Position numbers and translations under genes: made by a program. 64,000 bases of DNA from an uncultured Gammaproteobacteria bacterium (GTDB lineage Bacteria; Patescibacteriota; Microgenomatia; UBA8517; JACQJR01). The DNA lies in contig CAYTZB010000004.1 of the NCBI GenBank assembly GCA_964442455.1, forward strand, positions 7,425 to 71,424, written 5' to 3'. This document shows positions 37,356-47,199 of the stretch, one piece after another. Numbering within the stretch: position 1 is the first letter of the stretch; every line of letters starts with the position of its first letter. Below the pieces are notes generated by a model, which did no database searches, was not told the origin of the DNA, and saw only the letters and a program-made list of their open reading frames with translations.

Positions 37356-37955
37356 CTAACGAGAATAGAACCCAATAATGGTTTGTTCCTCAATTGGCTC
37401 GATAACGTCTTCTCTCACTGGCAGACGGAGAACCTTCCCCGCAGCCCCTTTTCTCTCAAGCCAAGAAGGAAGTACCTTCTCACGCTCAGCAACAAGTCGG
37501 GCAATTGCGGGAATTTTTTGCGCCGTGGGAGTAAGAGTCACCACATCTCCCTCTTTTACTTCGTAAGAAGGAGCAGCCACGCGTTTATTATTCACAAATA
37601 CATGTCCGTGACCCACCAATTGTCGTGCCGCAGGTCGTGTAGACGCAAAACCAAGCCGATAAACGATGTTATCAAGACGGCGTTCAAGAAGTGAAAGTAA
37701 TACCTCTCCACTATTACCTTTGCTCCTACTGGCACGCTCTATATAATGCTTAAACTGTCGCTCAAGCACACCATAAAGCCGCTTCGTTTTCTGCTTTTCG
37801 CGAAGTTGTCGCCCATAATCCGAGAGTCTTGGTGCTCCTCTATGTCCATGCATGCCGGGCGGCACCGTAAGGCGTGTAAGTTTGCTGCCCGCTCCGTACA
37901 AATCAAACCCCTCTCTACGGGATAATCTATCTTTTGGTCCAGTATATCTAGCCAT
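37356..37955 (-). CDS. rpsD: 30S ribosomal protein S4
   Basis: [16 protein letters not shown] is the S4 N-terminus, and the S4 domain is present. Confidence 0.95.
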   Translation of the reverse strand: MARYTGPKDRLSRREGFDLYGAGSKLTRLTVPPGMHGHRGAPRLSDYGRQLREKQKTKRLYGVLERQFKHYIERASRSKGNSGEVLLSLLERRLDNIVYRLGFASTRPAARQLVGHGHVFVNNKRVAAPSYEVKEGDVVTLTPTAQKIPAIARLVAEREKVLPSWLERKGAAGKVLRLPVREDVIEPIEEQTIIGFYSR

Positions 37956-38039
37956 AGATTGGCCTCCAATCTATGGAATTTCCAATTTCTGAAGGATTTC
38001 TTCCATTTGATATTTGATACTTGATACTTGATACTTTTC

Positions 38040-38423
38040 TCATACTCTCCTTCTCTTCTTCGGCCGTACCCCATTGTGGGGAATGGGTGTCACATCTGCT
38101 ATGAGAGACATCGAAAGTCCTACGGATCGAATTGCCCGAAGCGCTGCATCTCTTCCAGGGCCTGGACCTTTGACAAACACGGCAACCTCACGAACACCCT
38201 TCTCCCTTGCCTCCCGTGCCGCCCGCTCGACGGTCATCGTTGCAGCATAGGGGGTGGCTTTACGTGTTCCTTTAAATCCACTCTTTCCCGAGCTTCCAGA
38301 AGCTAACGTGTTTCCCTGCTCATCAGTCACGGTAACAACTGTATTGTTGAATGTTGCAGTTACAAACACATTGCCACGCTGCGGAAATGACGTACGTTTC
38401 TTTTTAGCTCCTTTTTTTGCCAT
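38040..38423 (-). CDS. rpsK: 30S ribosomal protein S11
   Basis: It is S11 family at 127 aa and follows rpsM. Confidence 0.95.
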   Translation of the reverse strand: MAKKGAKKKRTSFPQRGNVFVTATFNNTVVTVTDEQGNTLASGSSGKSGFKGTRKATPYAATMTVERAAREAREKGVREVAVFVKGPGPGRDAALRAIRSVGLSMSLIADVTPIPHNGVRPKKRRRV

Positions 38424-38428
38424 AGTTA

Positions 38429-38872
38429 TTACTTTTGTTGTCTTGCTTGTCCGGTCTGCTCGCCTCGCACTGAGGCGGGCTGGCGGGTTTGCATTTTTGC
38501 AAGCGTTTCTTTCTTAAATGCTCCAACAGTCCTTCTCTTTCCACGCTTGGTACGAGCATTGGTTCTTGTCCTTTGACCTCTAACCGGCAACCCTCTCTGA
38601 TGTCTCACACCACGATATGATTTTATCGTGACGAGTCGGCCTATATCTTCTCTCACGGACCTCTGTAAATCTCCCTCAATTATTATCCCCTCCAAGGCCT
38701 TTGTAAGGTGATTTATTTGCTCGTCGGTGAGCTCTTTAACTCTGCGCTCTTGCGGAATATTCACTTTTGTAAGAATCTGCCGGCTCATAGGCCACCCGAC
38801 CCCATACAAAAGGGTGAGTGCATAATCTACTCTGGCATTCTCTGGTAATTCAACTCCTGCTATCCTAGCCAT
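38429..38872 (-). CDS. rpsM: 30S ribosomal protein S13 with a ~30-aa GC-rich C-terminal extension (start at MARIAGV; the upstream ORF-track extension is readthrough into the repeat)
   Basis: The S13 N-terminus MARIAGVELP is present. The C-terminal tail is encoded by GC-rich hairpin DNA at 38441-38500. Confidence 0.9.
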   Translation of the reverse strand: MARIAGVELPENARVDYALTLLYGVGWPMSRQILTKVNIPQERRVKELTDEQINHLTKALEGIIIEGDLQRSVREDIGRLVTIKSYRGVRHQRGLPVRGQRTRTNARTKRGKRRTVGAFKKETLAKMQTRQPASVRGEQTGQARQQK

Positions 38873-39001
38873 ATAACCTCCTTCGGAGGAAATCCGAAAT
38901 TCTAAATCCGAAATACGAAACGTTTCGAATCTTATATTTTTATAATTTGTTTCGGATTTCGATATTCGTGCTTCGAATTTCCAACTTTGCACACAAAGTT
39001 G
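38873..39001. repeat. family-A palindromic repeat, copy c, between rpmJ and rpsM, including a perfect 8-bp-stem hairpin CCAACTTTGCACACAAAGTTGG
   Basis: It is visibly similar to the copies at 28995, 35110 and 58784. Confidence 0.45.
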
Positions 39002-39115
39002 GCTATCCTTGTCTTTGTTTGTGTTTAGGATTTATGCAAATCACGTACAAGACTCCTCGCCTTTTAACGAGTTTGCAATTCCGACATCTCACTTTGATTG
39101 ATGCTTGTACCTTCA
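39002..39115 (-). CDS. rpmJ: 50S ribosomal protein L36
   Basis: Manual translation gives [37 protein letters not shown] (37 aa, the zinc-ribbon C+ form). It is absent from the ORF track because it is under 60 aa. Confidence 0.85.
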
Positions 39116-39180
39116 TAATTGAAAATGGCTAAATGGTTATATGGTCACATAGTTTAACAATTAGCCATGCAACCATTTAA

Positions 39181-39396
39181 CTATTTATATCTAAATACTA
39201 TTCTTCCTCTCTCCTCATCATATGGTGTCATCTCTATCTTGACCCTGTCCCCCGGTAAAATACGGATGAAATTGCGCCGCATCTTACCCGCAACAGACGC
39301 CAGAATTCGCCTTCCATTATCTAAATCAACACGAAATAACGTATTGGGCATTGCCTCAACAATTGTTCCTTCTACCTCTGTTGTTCCTGTATGCAT
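39181..39396 (-). CDS. infA: translation initiation factor IF-1
   Basis: It is a 71-aa S1-like OB fold with the IF-1 signature. Confidence 0.95.
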   Translation of the reverse strand: MHTGTTEVEGTIVEAMPNTLFRVDLDNGRRILASVAGKMRRNFIRILPGDRVKIEMTPYDEERGRIVFRYK

Positions 39397-39399
39397 TCC

Positions 39400-40146
39400 T
39401 TAAGTGAGAATAACTGGACCATTCTTTGTAATCGCCACAGTTTCTTCAAATAACCCTCCCATTTTATCATCTTTTGTGCGTGCTGTCCACTTGTCCTCTT
39501 CGATAATTATATCGGGAGTCCCTTCTGTATAAATTGCCTCAATTGCCAAAACCATACCGGCCGAAAGTGCGGGAGTGTTCTCAATCTTTCCTTCCAAAAA
39601 ACAGGGAATCACTGGTTCCTCATGAAGCTCTCTTCCTACTCCGTGTCCGGTAAACATACGCACGGGACTATATCCTGCGCCTCGCAAAACTTGCTCAAGG
39701 GTTTGAGAAATATCACCAACCTTCTTTCCCGGTCGCGCAGAGTGGATTGCATTCTTAAGTGCCTTTTTTCCAGTTTCGATAAATCGAGAAAGCTGTGCTG
39801 AAACAGGCGGAACTCCTACTGTAAAAGCAGAGTCTGTATTAAAACCACGATAGTATATTCCCACATCAACACTTACCTTATCTCCTGAATTAACCTTATA
39901 ATCATTGGGGATCCCATGAACTACTCCGTTGTTGACATTTATACACGTTGCCCATTTATACCCATATACCCTCTGAAATGCGGGCTCCGCCCCACTTCGC
40001 CTTATTTCCTCCTCTGCAACTCTGTTAAGTGTGGCAAGCGTTATTCCCGGTTTTATGTGGTTAGCAACTACCTCCTTAACATGCGCGAGTTTTTTCCCCG
40101 CTTGCGCAATAATTTCAATTTCTTGTGGGTTTTTGATGGGAATCAT
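39400..40146 (-). CDS. map: methionine aminopeptidase type I
   Basis: The pita-bread fold metal ligands and MetAP-I blocks are present. Length is 248 aa. Confidence 0.9.
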   Translation of the reverse strand: MIPIKNPQEIEIIAQAGKKLAHVKEVVANHIKPGITLATLNRVAEEEIRRSGAEPAFQRVYGYKWATCINVNNGVVHGIPNDYKVNSGDKVSVDVGIYYRGFNTDSAFTVGVPPVSAQLSRFIETGKKALKNAIHSARPGKKVGDISQTLEQVLRGAGYSPVRMFTGHGVGRELHEEPVIPCFLEGKIENTPALSAGMVLAIEAIYTEGTPDIIIEEDKWTARTKDDKMGGLFEETVAITKNGPVILT

Positions 40147-40156
40147 AAACTAATTT

Positions 40157-40732
40157 TTAATTTTGCAGTTTTCTAAGAATATCTTGAAAGATAACCTCAA
40201 TTGGTGGTTCGCCGTCCACCTCGACGAGCTTTCCCTGTGTCCGATAGAAATGAAGGACTGGGGCGGTTTGTTCGTGGTAAATAGAAAGACGTTCCTTAAC
40301 TACTTCTTCTGTATCATCCGCTCGTCTACGCAGAATCAGGCGTTTTACATTCTCACTATCTCGCACGCGCAAATAAATAACAACATCGGGAGTAAAAGGA
40401 AGATGGTGAGCTTGAAACAATGTCCTTGGAACCCCATCCACCACAAAACCGTTCTTATACTGGTTTTTTTCTAATTCTTTACCCAAAAGCTCAAGGGTCA
40501 AAGAATCGGGAACAAGCTTCCCCGCATCAACCAGTTCTCTTACATCCTGACTGGTGTTACTTAACCCGCGAAGAAGTGCCCCCATCTCAACATGCGGCAC
40601 ATTAAAATGCTTGGCCAACAACTCCGCTTGTGTACTCTTTCCCGATCCCACCGGCCCCATGACAATAATGCAACGCCGCCTACTTTGTTCCGAGGTATCC
40701 TTCATATCGGTGCATGGCGATTTGCGCCTCAA
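40157..40732 (-). CDS. adk: adenylate kinase (short type, no zinc lid); the exact start is uncertain
   Basis: It has a P-loop (GPVGSGKST) and sits between secY and map as in spc operons. Confidence 0.85.
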   Translation of the reverse strand: MRRKSPCTDMKDTSEQSRRRCIIVMGPVGSGKSTQAELLAKHFNVPHVEMGALLRGLSNTSQDVRELVDAGKLVPDSLTLELLGKELEKNQYKNGFVVDGVPRTLFQAHHLPFTPDVVIYLRVRDSENVKRLILRRRADDTEEVVKERLSIYHEQTAPVLHFYRTQGKLVEVDGEPPIEVIFQDILRKLQN

Positions 40733-41969
40733 GTTGCTTTGTCAGCTCAAGAATAACCGAAACCACAATGAGAATTCCTGTTCCTCCAAGCGCAATGGTA
40801 GTCAATCCGGTAAATCGCTGTACCAGATAGGGTAAAATTGCAATCAGACCCAAAAAAACCGCCCCAACGGTCGTCACTCGATACAAAATAAACGTCAAAT
40901 ACGAAACAGTTCCTGAACCTGGCCGTATCCCTGGAATAAATCCTCCATACTTTGCTAAGTCCTCTCCCACGCGTTTCGGATTAAACACAACCGCTGCGTA
41001 AAAGAAGGTAAATCCTATAACTAAAAGGAAGTAAGAAAGATTATAAAGTGCACCGTTCGGGTTGAGAAGAGAAGAAAGATTTTGTGCAAAACGGGACAGG
41101 AGGGGACTCTCTACATTGGCGAGAAACTGGCTAAATAAGGAAGGGACGAGCACAAGGGAAATGGCAAAAATAATAGGAATTACTCCTGCCTGATTCACTC
41201 TTATGGGTAAATGGGTCTGGGGACTTGCAAGTGTTCCTCCTCTAAGACGTCTGGCGTACTGAATTGGTACACGCCTGGCTCCCTCATTCATAACGACCAC
41301 AGCGACGATGACGACTATTGAGAGCACGAAAAACGCAATGAGAGGGAAAAGGGTGGTCGCTGAAACTGTCACAGCAGTTTGGGAGGCAACAACGGGAAAC
41401 CGGCCGACAATTCCCGCGAAAATAAGAAGAGAAATACCATTTCCAACCCCATACTCTGAGATAAGTTCGCCAATCCACATAGCCACAATTGTGCCAGCCA
41501 CCATAGTAACTACGAGTGCGACAAGTCCGAGCGGTGAAAGTACACTAACAATTCCCTGTGAGCGCAACAGGACATACATTCCAACTGCTTGGAGTGCTGA
41601 GAGAGGAATAGTAAGAAAACGGGTATAGCGATTTATCTGCGCTCGGCCCTGTTCTCCCTCTTTTGAAAGTTCCTCAAGGGCAGGTATGACAAACGTCGCA
41701 AGCTGCATAATAATCGAGGCATTAATATAGGGGTTTAACCCCAATGCCATAATTGAAAAGTTCGCCAAAGTGCCCCCCGAGAAAATATCAAGTAATGAGA
41801 GGAGGGGACTGGTCGCAAAGAAGCTACGCAGTGCTCCCTGGTCTACTCCTCCTGCAGGAATGTGGGCAATAAAGCGGAAGGCGACGAGCATCAAAAGCGT
41901 AAACAAAAGTTTGCGGCGGATTGGTTTGTAGGCAAAGGCCTGAGTGAAAGTGCGCAAAAGAGTATTCAT
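40680..41969 (-). CDS. secY: preprotein translocase subunit SecY
   Basis: It is a 10-TM protein of 429 aa with SecY conservation. Confidence 0.95.
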   Translation of the reverse strand: MNTLLRTFTQAFAYKPIRRKLLFTLLMLVAFRFIAHIPAGGVDQGALRSFFATSPLLSLLDIFSGGTLANFSIMALGLNPYINASIIMQLATFVIPALEELSKEGEQGRAQINRYTRFLTIPLSALQAVGMYVLLRSQGIVSVLSPLGLVALVVTMVAGTIVAMWIGELISEYGVGNGISLLIFAGIVGRFPVVASQTAVTVSATTLFPLIAFFVLSIVVIVAVVVMNEGARRVPIQYARRLRGGTLASPQTHLPIRVNQAGVIPIIFAISLVLVPSLFSQFLANVESPLLSRFAQNLSSLLNPNGALYNLSYFLLVIGFTFFYAAVVFNPKRVGEDLAKYGGFIPGIRPGSGTVSYLTFILYRVTTVGAVFLGLIAILPYLVQRFTGLTTIALGGTGILIVVSVILELTKQLEAQIAMHRYEGYLGTK

Positions 41970-42409
41970 ATCTCAATAGTTCCTCCTTGTGCTTCAATAA
42001 GGCGACGTGCGCCACGAGAAACGGGAAGAGCAATGGTCAAAGACTTGTTTACCGTCCCTCCTCCTACAATTTTAACGTTTTTTTCTGACGACTTCAGTAG
42101 CCCTGCAGCAACCAGTGCCGCTCTATCAACGCGCGCCTTCGCGCGAAATACTTTAAGTTTCCCAAGTGCGATAATGACCGGTTTTTCGCGGGGTTTGAGC
42201 TTCCCTTTTCCGCGTAGCATGGGAATCCGCTTGAGGAGGGACTTTTTAACTTTCGTTCCGAAAAAGGACACCCCAACTCTTTCGCGCGATTTTTGCCCCT
42301 TTTGTCCACGACCAACTGTATGACCTCCTTTGCCACTACCTATTCCTCGACCAATACGCTTTTTTCCTCTTCTTACATGGGCGGATAAGGTATGTGGTTG
42401 AGTCATCAT
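41966..42409 (-). CDS. rplO: 50S ribosomal protein L15
   Basis: It has the Gly-rich N-terminus typical of L15. It follows rpsE directly, with no rpmD (L30) between them. Confidence 0.9.
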   Translation of the reverse strand: MMTQPHTLSAHVRRGKKRIGRGIGSGKGGHTVGRGQKGQKSRERVGVSFFGTKVKKSLLKRIPMLRGKGKLKPREKPVIIALGKLKVFRAKARVDRAALVAAGLLKSSEKNVKIVGGGTVNKSLTIALPVSRGARRLIEAQGGTIEI

Positions 42410-42876
42410 ATTTCTCCTTTCTGTATCTTAACGAGCACTGCAATGTTCTTAAGTGCCTCTATAGTTGCATAAACATTTGAGATTTTATTCTTTGTGCCAA
42501 GAATTTTACCTACTACATCCCGAATACCCGCTACCTCAAATACGACCCGCATGGGACCACCCGCAATAATACCTGAACCTTGCGGTGCTGGCTTGACAAG
42601 CACCCTTGCTGCGCCATATTTTATTGTTTGAGGAAATGGTATGGTTGTTCCTCGCAACGGAACCATAATCAAATGCTTTCTCGCATAAGAGGTGGCTTTG
42701 TTAATCGCAGCAACCACGTCAGGCGCTTTGCCCAACCCTAGCCCTACCCTTCCTTTTTTGTCCCCGACAACCGCGAGCGCAGAGAACCGCATTTGATTTC
42801 CACCCGCAGTCTTTTTTGAAATACGGTTCACTTGGATAACTTTCTCGGTAAATTCATTCATTTCTCTATCCATCAA
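42406..42876 (-). CDS. rpsE: 30S ribosomal protein S5
   Basis: The S5 dsRBD and C-terminal domains are present. Confidence 0.9.
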   Translation of the reverse strand: MMDREMNEFTEKVIQVNRISKKTAGGNQMRFSALAVVGDKKGRVGLGLGKAPDVVAAINKATSYARKHLIMVPLRGTTIPFPQTIKYGAARVLVKPAPQGSGIIAGGPMRVVFEVAGIRDVVGKILGTKNKISNVYATIEALKNIAVLVKIQKGEI

Positions 42877-43217
42877 AATTCTAATCCTCCTTCTCGTGCC
42901 CCTTCGGCTACCTCTCTCACCACTCCATGAAATGTATAAGGACCCCTGTCAAACACAACCTTTTTAATCTTCTTTTTGAGTGCCAGCCGAGCAATAGTCT
43001 TACCAACCGTACGTGCCCGCTCTTTCTTTGTTGTCCCATCGCGAGGGGAAAGTCCCCGAGAGGAAGCAGCAACGAGGGTATGCCCTTTTGTATCATCAAT
43101 AATTTGTGCCCAGATGTACTTACTTGAACGAAATACCGTTAATCGGGGTACCCTCTCAGTACGAGCCCGCAACTTCAATCTTGCCTTTTGTGCACGCATT
43201 TTTCGCTCCCTATTCAT
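42873..43217 (-). CDS. rplR: 50S ribosomal protein L18
   Basis: It belongs to the L18 family. Confidence 0.9.
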   Translation of the reverse strand: MNRERKMRAQKARLKLRARTERVPRLTVFRSSKYIWAQIIDDTKGHTLVAASSRGLSPRDGTTKKERARTVGKTIARLALKKKIKKVVFDRGPYTFHGVVREVAEGAREGGLEF

Positions 43218-43219
43218 AG

Positions 43220-43756
43220 TTATGATACTGCTCCTTTCGCTGCTTTGCCCGGTTTCTTTCGTACTACCTCTCCTTCGTATCGCACTCCTTTCCCTTTATA
43301 CGAGTCAGGAGGACGGTAAGACCTAATCTGTGCAGCAACGAGTCCCACGCGTTGCTTATCAGTACCTTCAACTGTTATCTTGTTTTGCTGCACAGAAAAT
43401 TGAATTTCCTCGGGAGCAGTAACCACTATAGGATGCGAAAAACCCAGATGTAAGGTAAGTTCTTTTCCATCGGTAGCTGCTCGGTATCCGGTGCCTATTA
43501 TCTCAAGAGTCTTGCGCCATCCGACATTTACACCATATACCATATTGGCAAGTGTTGCCCTTACCCTTCCAAAAATTGCGGAGGAAGCGGCAGTCCGCTC
43601 CACAACGACTAAGCTGTTTTCTGTCTTTACATATATCCCAGTAGGGATAGCAAGCGCTAGCTCCCCTTTTGGCCCGACCACAATAACCCTCGAGTTATCA
43701 ACGGTGACTCTTACTCCTTCAGGAATCTCAATTGGTTTTTTACCAACCCGTGACAT
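43220..43756 (-). CDS. rplF: 50S ribosomal protein L6
   Basis: It belongs to the L6 family with its duplicated fold. Confidence 0.9.
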   Translation of the reverse strand: MSRVGKKPIEIPEGVRVTVDNSRVIVVGPKGELALAIPTGIYVKTENSLVVVERTAASSAIFGRVRATLANMVYGVNVGWRKTLEIIGTGYRAATDGKELTLHLGFSHPIVVTAPEEIQFSVQQNKITVEGTDKQRVGLVAAQIRSYRPPDSYKGKGVRYEGEVVRKKPGKAAKGAVS

Positions 43757-43757
43757 A

Positions 43758-44138
43758 TCACCAGACCTCCGCTATTACCTCTCCACCTCTTCCTTTCTTC
43801 ACCGCTTCCTTCTCTGTCATCACACCCGCGGGCGTCGACACAACCTGAATACCAATTACGCTGCTTCCCTTCTTAAGCTGGCGGACATTTTTGTAAATAC
43901 GCTGTCCTGGTGTTGAAATGTTTTTAACGTTGGTCAAGCGGGGACGCGACCTCAGATAAGCAAGTCGTACCATCAGGTTTCCTGCATCTCGCTCTATACT
44001 TTCCAGATACCCCTCTTTCACCAGTACTTTCGCAATCTCTTCCTTCAACCGAGAATATGGAATGACACACTCGTGCTTTCGGGCAAGCGCTGCGTTTTTT
44101 AGTCGTATAAATAAATCGTTTACAGGTGCTGTAATCAT
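43758..44138 (-). CDS. rpsH: 30S ribosomal protein S8
   Basis: It belongs to the S8 family. Confidence 0.9.
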   Translation of the reverse strand: MITAPVNDLFIRLKNAALARKHECVIPYSRLKEEIAKVLVKEGYLESIERDAGNLMVRLAYLRSRPRLTNVKNISTPGQRIYKNVRQLKKGSSVIGIQVVSTPAGVMTEKEAVKKGRGGEVIAEVW

Positions 44139-44142
44139 ATCT

Positions 44143-44328
44143 TTACCAACTCGCTTTCTTTACTCCTGGAATCTCCCCTTTATGTGCTAATTCTCGAAAA
44201 CAAAGCCGGCAGAGACCAAAGAGACGAATGTACCCTCTCGGTCTTCCACATAAGCTACAGCGGTTTCTATACCGCACGTCATATTTTAACTTCTTTTGTT
44301 CTCGTACAATTTTTGATTTTTTAGCCAT
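44143..44328 (-). CDS. rpsN: 30S ribosomal protein S14 type Z (zinc-binding, 61 aa)
   Basis: The CxxC...CxxC motif (CSLCGRP...CRLCFRE) is present. Confidence 0.9.
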   Translation of the reverse strand: MAKKSKIVREQKKLKYDVRYRNRCSLCGRPRGYIRLFGLCRLCFRELAHKGEIPGVKKASW

Positions 44329-44340
44329 ACTAGCTCTTCG

Positions 44341-44889
44341 CTACTTGCTTCCTCCCTTTTCAAAGGGCATTCCCAGCTCCTCCAACAATCTTCTCGCCTG
44401 TTCGTTGGTACGGGCAGTGGTGACTATTGTAATCCCAATTCCCCTTCCTTTTCCAACTTTCCCCACATCAACCTCGGGAAAGATTGTGTGCTCGACAAGT
44501 CCGAGCGTATAATTTCCTCTTCCGTCGAATGCGTTCTCCTTTGCGCCTCGAAAGTCACGAAGCCGCGGCAGCACGACGCGAAACAATTTTTCCAAAAATG
44601 CCCACATGCGTGACCCTCGAAGTGTCACGCGCAGTCCCACTGGCGCGCCACGCCGAATCCCAAATCCAGCAATTGCAGCGCGTGCGCCACGCACTTGCGG
44701 TCCCTGGCCTGTAATTAAACTTAACTCCCCACGTGCCTTATCAAGTACCTCGCGGTTCCCTGCGGCTTCGCCAATACCCATATCAACTACAACCTTCTCT
44801 ACTTTCGGCACACTCAGCGAACTCTTGACTCCAAGTTCAGTTTGAAGCTTAGGTCTCACTTGTTCCTCATATACTGTTTGCAAACTCAT
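44341..44889 (-). CDS. rplE: 50S ribosomal protein L5
   Basis: It belongs to the L5 family. Confidence 0.9.
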   Translation of the reverse strand: MSLQTVYEEQVRPKLQTELGVKSSLSVPKVEKVVVDMGIGEAAGNREVLDKARGELSLITGQGPQVRGARAAIAGFGIRRGAPVGLRVTLRGSRMWAFLEKLFRVVLPRLRDFRGAKENAFDGRGNYTLGLVEHTIFPEVDVGKVGKGRGIGITIVTTARTNEQARRLLEELGMPFEKGGSK

Positions 44890-44891
44890 AT

Positions 44892-45251
44892 TTATCCCTT
44901 GTTACTTGTCACCTTTTTAGCCTTAGCGGCCAAACTCTCTTTATCAATTTGCCTTCCGCACTTTCGGCAAATTCTCACTTTCTCTCCTGTGTTTAAAAAC
45001 TTCATTCCCACCCTCGTCAGTTTTGTGCAATGGGGGCACAACAGCGCAATATTACTCAAAGGTAGTGGTCTTGAAAACTCAATAATTCCTCCTTTTTGCT
45101 TTCCCAACGCTCGCTGATGTTTTTTATACACATTAAGTCCAGGAATAAGAACCCGACCACTGCGTGGGAACATCTTCTCAACTTTTCCGCGCCTTCCTTT
45201 ATCTTTACCTGCAGTTATCAATACCTCATCACCAACTCGTAGTTTCGTCAT
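44892..45251 (-). CDS. rplX: 50S ribosomal protein L24 whose C-terminal region carries four Cys (CPHC...CRKC)
   Basis: It has a KOW motif N-terminus. The C-terminal hairpin is cysteine-substituted relative to canonical L24. Confidence 0.85.
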   Translation of the reverse strand: MTKLRVGDEVLITAGKDKGRRGKVEKMFPRSGRVLIPGLNVYKKHQRALGKQKGGIIEFSRPLPLSNIALLCPHCTKLTRVGMKFLNTGEKVRICRKCGRQIDKESLAAKAKKVTSNKG

Positions 45252-45253
45252 TG

Positions 45254-45622
45254 TTAAACAACCTCCTTTGCAAGTGAAACAATCTTCCCGAATCCTGCTT
45301 CTCGGACTTCTCGTGCAATAGGACCAAAAATGCGCGTACCGCGGGGATTTCCTTGATTGTCGATAACAACCCCTGCATTGTCATCGAACCTGACAGCCGA
45401 GCCATCTCTTCTTTTATGTTCCTTTCTCGTTCTCACTACAACCACATCAACAAGTTCTCTATCTTTTACCACGCCTGTGGGATCTGCACCTTTCACCACA
45501 CATTTCACCACTACTCCCACAATCGCAAATCGCCGCTTTGAAAAGCGCGGAATGCCAATAACTTTCAAATAGTTCGCGCCTGAATTATCAGCCGAGCTGA
45601 GTATTGAGTTAAGTTGAACCAT
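45254..45622 (-). CDS. rplN: 50S ribosomal protein L14
   Basis: It belongs to the L14 family. Confidence 0.95.
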   Translation of the reverse strand: MVQLNSILSSADNSGANYLKVIGIPRFSKRRFAIVGVVVKCVVKGADPTGVVKDRELVDVVVVRTRKEHKRRDGSAVRFDDNAGVVIDNQGNPRGTRIFGPIAREVREAGFGKIVSLAKEVV

Positions 45623-45845
45623 TCAAAACCTCCACTATCTTCCATCTTTTCGCCTTCGAAAGTGGCCTGGTTTCTACCATCACTACCCTGTCTCCCACCT
45701 TCGCACCAAGCGCGTTATGTGCATGGAATTTTTTGTGGCGACGCACTCTCTTTTTGTACAGAGGATGCGTTACCCATCGTTCGACCCGAACTATAGCAGT
45801 TTTCTCCATTTTGTCACTCACAATGACTCCTTGTATTCTTCTCAT
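45609..45845 (-). CDS. rpsQ: 30S ribosomal protein S17
   Basis: It belongs to the S17 family. Confidence 0.9.
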   Translation of the reverse strand: MRRIQGVIVSDKMEKTAIVRVERWVTHPLYKKRVRRHKKFHAHNALGAKVGDRVVMVETRPLSKAKRWKIVEVLNGST

Positions 45846-46060
45846 CCTTGTAGCTCCTTCTCCCTAATAAGGGTTGCAATTTGCGCACTGTCGCGCTTAA
45901 GTGTACGTCCAGCATGAACATTTTTTATCTTGCCTCCCCGCACTTCAAGTACAATCCTCGCCCGTTCCTGTTTTTTCTTCGCAAACAGAGTCCTCAATTC
46001 TGCGGGTGTTTTTGTTCTTAATTCTTGTAGTTCCTTCTTTTTCATACTTACCTCCTCCAT
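45842..46060 (-). CDS. rpmC: 50S ribosomal protein L29
   Basis: It belongs to the L29 family. Confidence 0.85.
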   Translation of the reverse strand: MEEVSMKKKELQELRTKTPAELRTLFAKKKQERARIVLEVRGGKIKNVHAGRTLKRDSAQIATLIREKELQG

Positions 46061-46065
46061 TCAGA

Positions 46066-46473
46066 TTACTCTCTCTGTATTATCTTAGCTTCGACTGGCA
46101 ACTTCTGCGCTGCCATCCGCAGGGCCGTCATTGCAAGCTCACGCTCAATCCCCGCCACTTCAAATAACATTCTTCCCGCCCTCACAACTGCAACATATGT
46201 TTTAATATCTCCCTTTCCACCACCCATACGCACGCCGGCGGATTTAGCGGTTATCGGTTTATCAGGAAAAACTCGTATCCAAATTTTTCCTCCTCGTCGG
46301 GTCACATGGGCAATTGCACGTCGTGCCGCCTCTATTTGTGCAGCAGTCACCCAACCACTTGATGTACTTTTGAGTCCATATTCGCCAAAATCGAGTACTG
46401 TACCCCGACTTTCCTTTCCCTTCATCGTCCCTCTAAATTGTTTTCGATATTTTTGTTTTCTTGGTTGCAACAT
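46066..46473 (-). CDS. rplP: 50S ribosomal protein L16
   Basis: It belongs to the L16 family. Confidence 0.95.
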   Translation of the reverse strand: MLQPRKQKYRKQFRGTMKGKESRGTVLDFGEYGLKSTSSGWVTAAQIEAARRAIAHVTRRGGKIWIRVFPDKPITAKSAGVRMGGGKGDIKTYVAVVRAGRMLFEVAGIERELAMTALRMAAQKLPVEAKIIQRE

Positions 46474-46565
46474 GTTCGCTCCTTTTAGTCGAAAATAATA
46501 CCGATACTACAAATTTCAAATTATTAATTATTGGTTATTTATTGGTAATTATTTGAAATTGGTAC
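46474..46565. repeat. family-C AT-rich repeat in the rpsC-rplP spacer, related to the element at 58183-58291
   Basis: Shared blocks are tttagtcgWaaataWtac, atactacaaatt..tcaaat, attggtWatttatt and ggtacttatt. Confidence 0.45.
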
Positions 46566-47198
46566 TTATTCTGATTTCTTGTGTATCCATACTTTTACTC
46601 CCACATATCCTCGCTTCAAGAGTGCTGGCACCTGGGCATAATCAATATTCGCGCGTAAGGTTTGGCTAGGAACCGACCCTTGCTGAAACTTTTGTCTGCG
46701 CGCAATCTCGGCACCTCCAATTCGCCCCCCAATTACTACTTTCACCCCAAGTGCCCCCGCAGCCATTACCCGTTCAACTGTACGCATAATCACGCGTCGG
46801 GCAGGAAGACGACGTTCAAGTTCTGCGGCAATTCGGTATGCTACAAGCTGCGCTGACAACTCTGGTTCCTTTACCTCTTCTATTACCACATCAAGTTTGT
46901 CTGGAGATCCCACTAGCTTTCCTCGAATTAGTTTTTTTAATTCTTCTATTCCTGTACCACCTCTTCCGATTACCATGCCTGGCCGCGTCACAAGAATCCG
47001 TATGGTCAACGCCTTGGGAAGCCGCTCAATGATAATGTCAGTTACACCCGCATTCCTCAGTTTTTCGGTTAATAATCGGCGCAATGTCACGTCAGACAGG
47101 AGAAACTCGCGGAACTGCCGTTGTGTCGCAAACCAACGTGCTTTCCAATCGGTAAATTCTCCCACTCTAAATCCAATTGGATTAACTTTTTGTCCCAT
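46566..47198 (-). CDS. rpsC: 30S ribosomal protein S3
   Basis: KH and S3 C-terminal domains are present. Confidence 0.95.
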   Translation of the reverse strand: MGQKVNPIGFRVGEFTDWKARWFATQRQFREFLLSDVTLRRLLTEKLRNAGVTDIIIERLPKALTIRILVTRPGMVIGRGGTGIEELKKLIRGKLVGSPDKLDVVIEEVKEPELSAQLVAYRIAAELERRLPARRVIMRTVERVMAAGALGVKVVIGGRIGGAEIARRQKFQQGSVPSQTLRANIDYAQVPALLKRGYVGVKVWIHKKSE

Positions 47199-47199
47199 T

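Noticed and set aside
38873-38992. The 40-aa N-terminal extension of rpsM in the ORF track (MQSWKFEARISKSE...), and similar upstream extensions of rpsS, rplB, rplQ, rpoC, nth, rplC and the GT39 gene.
   Set aside because: Canonical N-termini ([29 protein letters not shown] and so on) begin at internal Met codons. The extensions read through repeats or overlap upstream genes. They are artefacts of calling the longest ORF.
43491-43916. Numerous plus-strand ORFs of 60-190 aa antisense to ribosomal-protein, rpoC, tuf and fusA genes (for example 43491..43916, 48164..48727, 49483..50163, 59012..59338, 35585..36442).
   Set aside because: They lie entirely within strongly supported conserved genes on the opposite strand. 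Their compositions are biased and they have no motifs. These are shadow ORFs.
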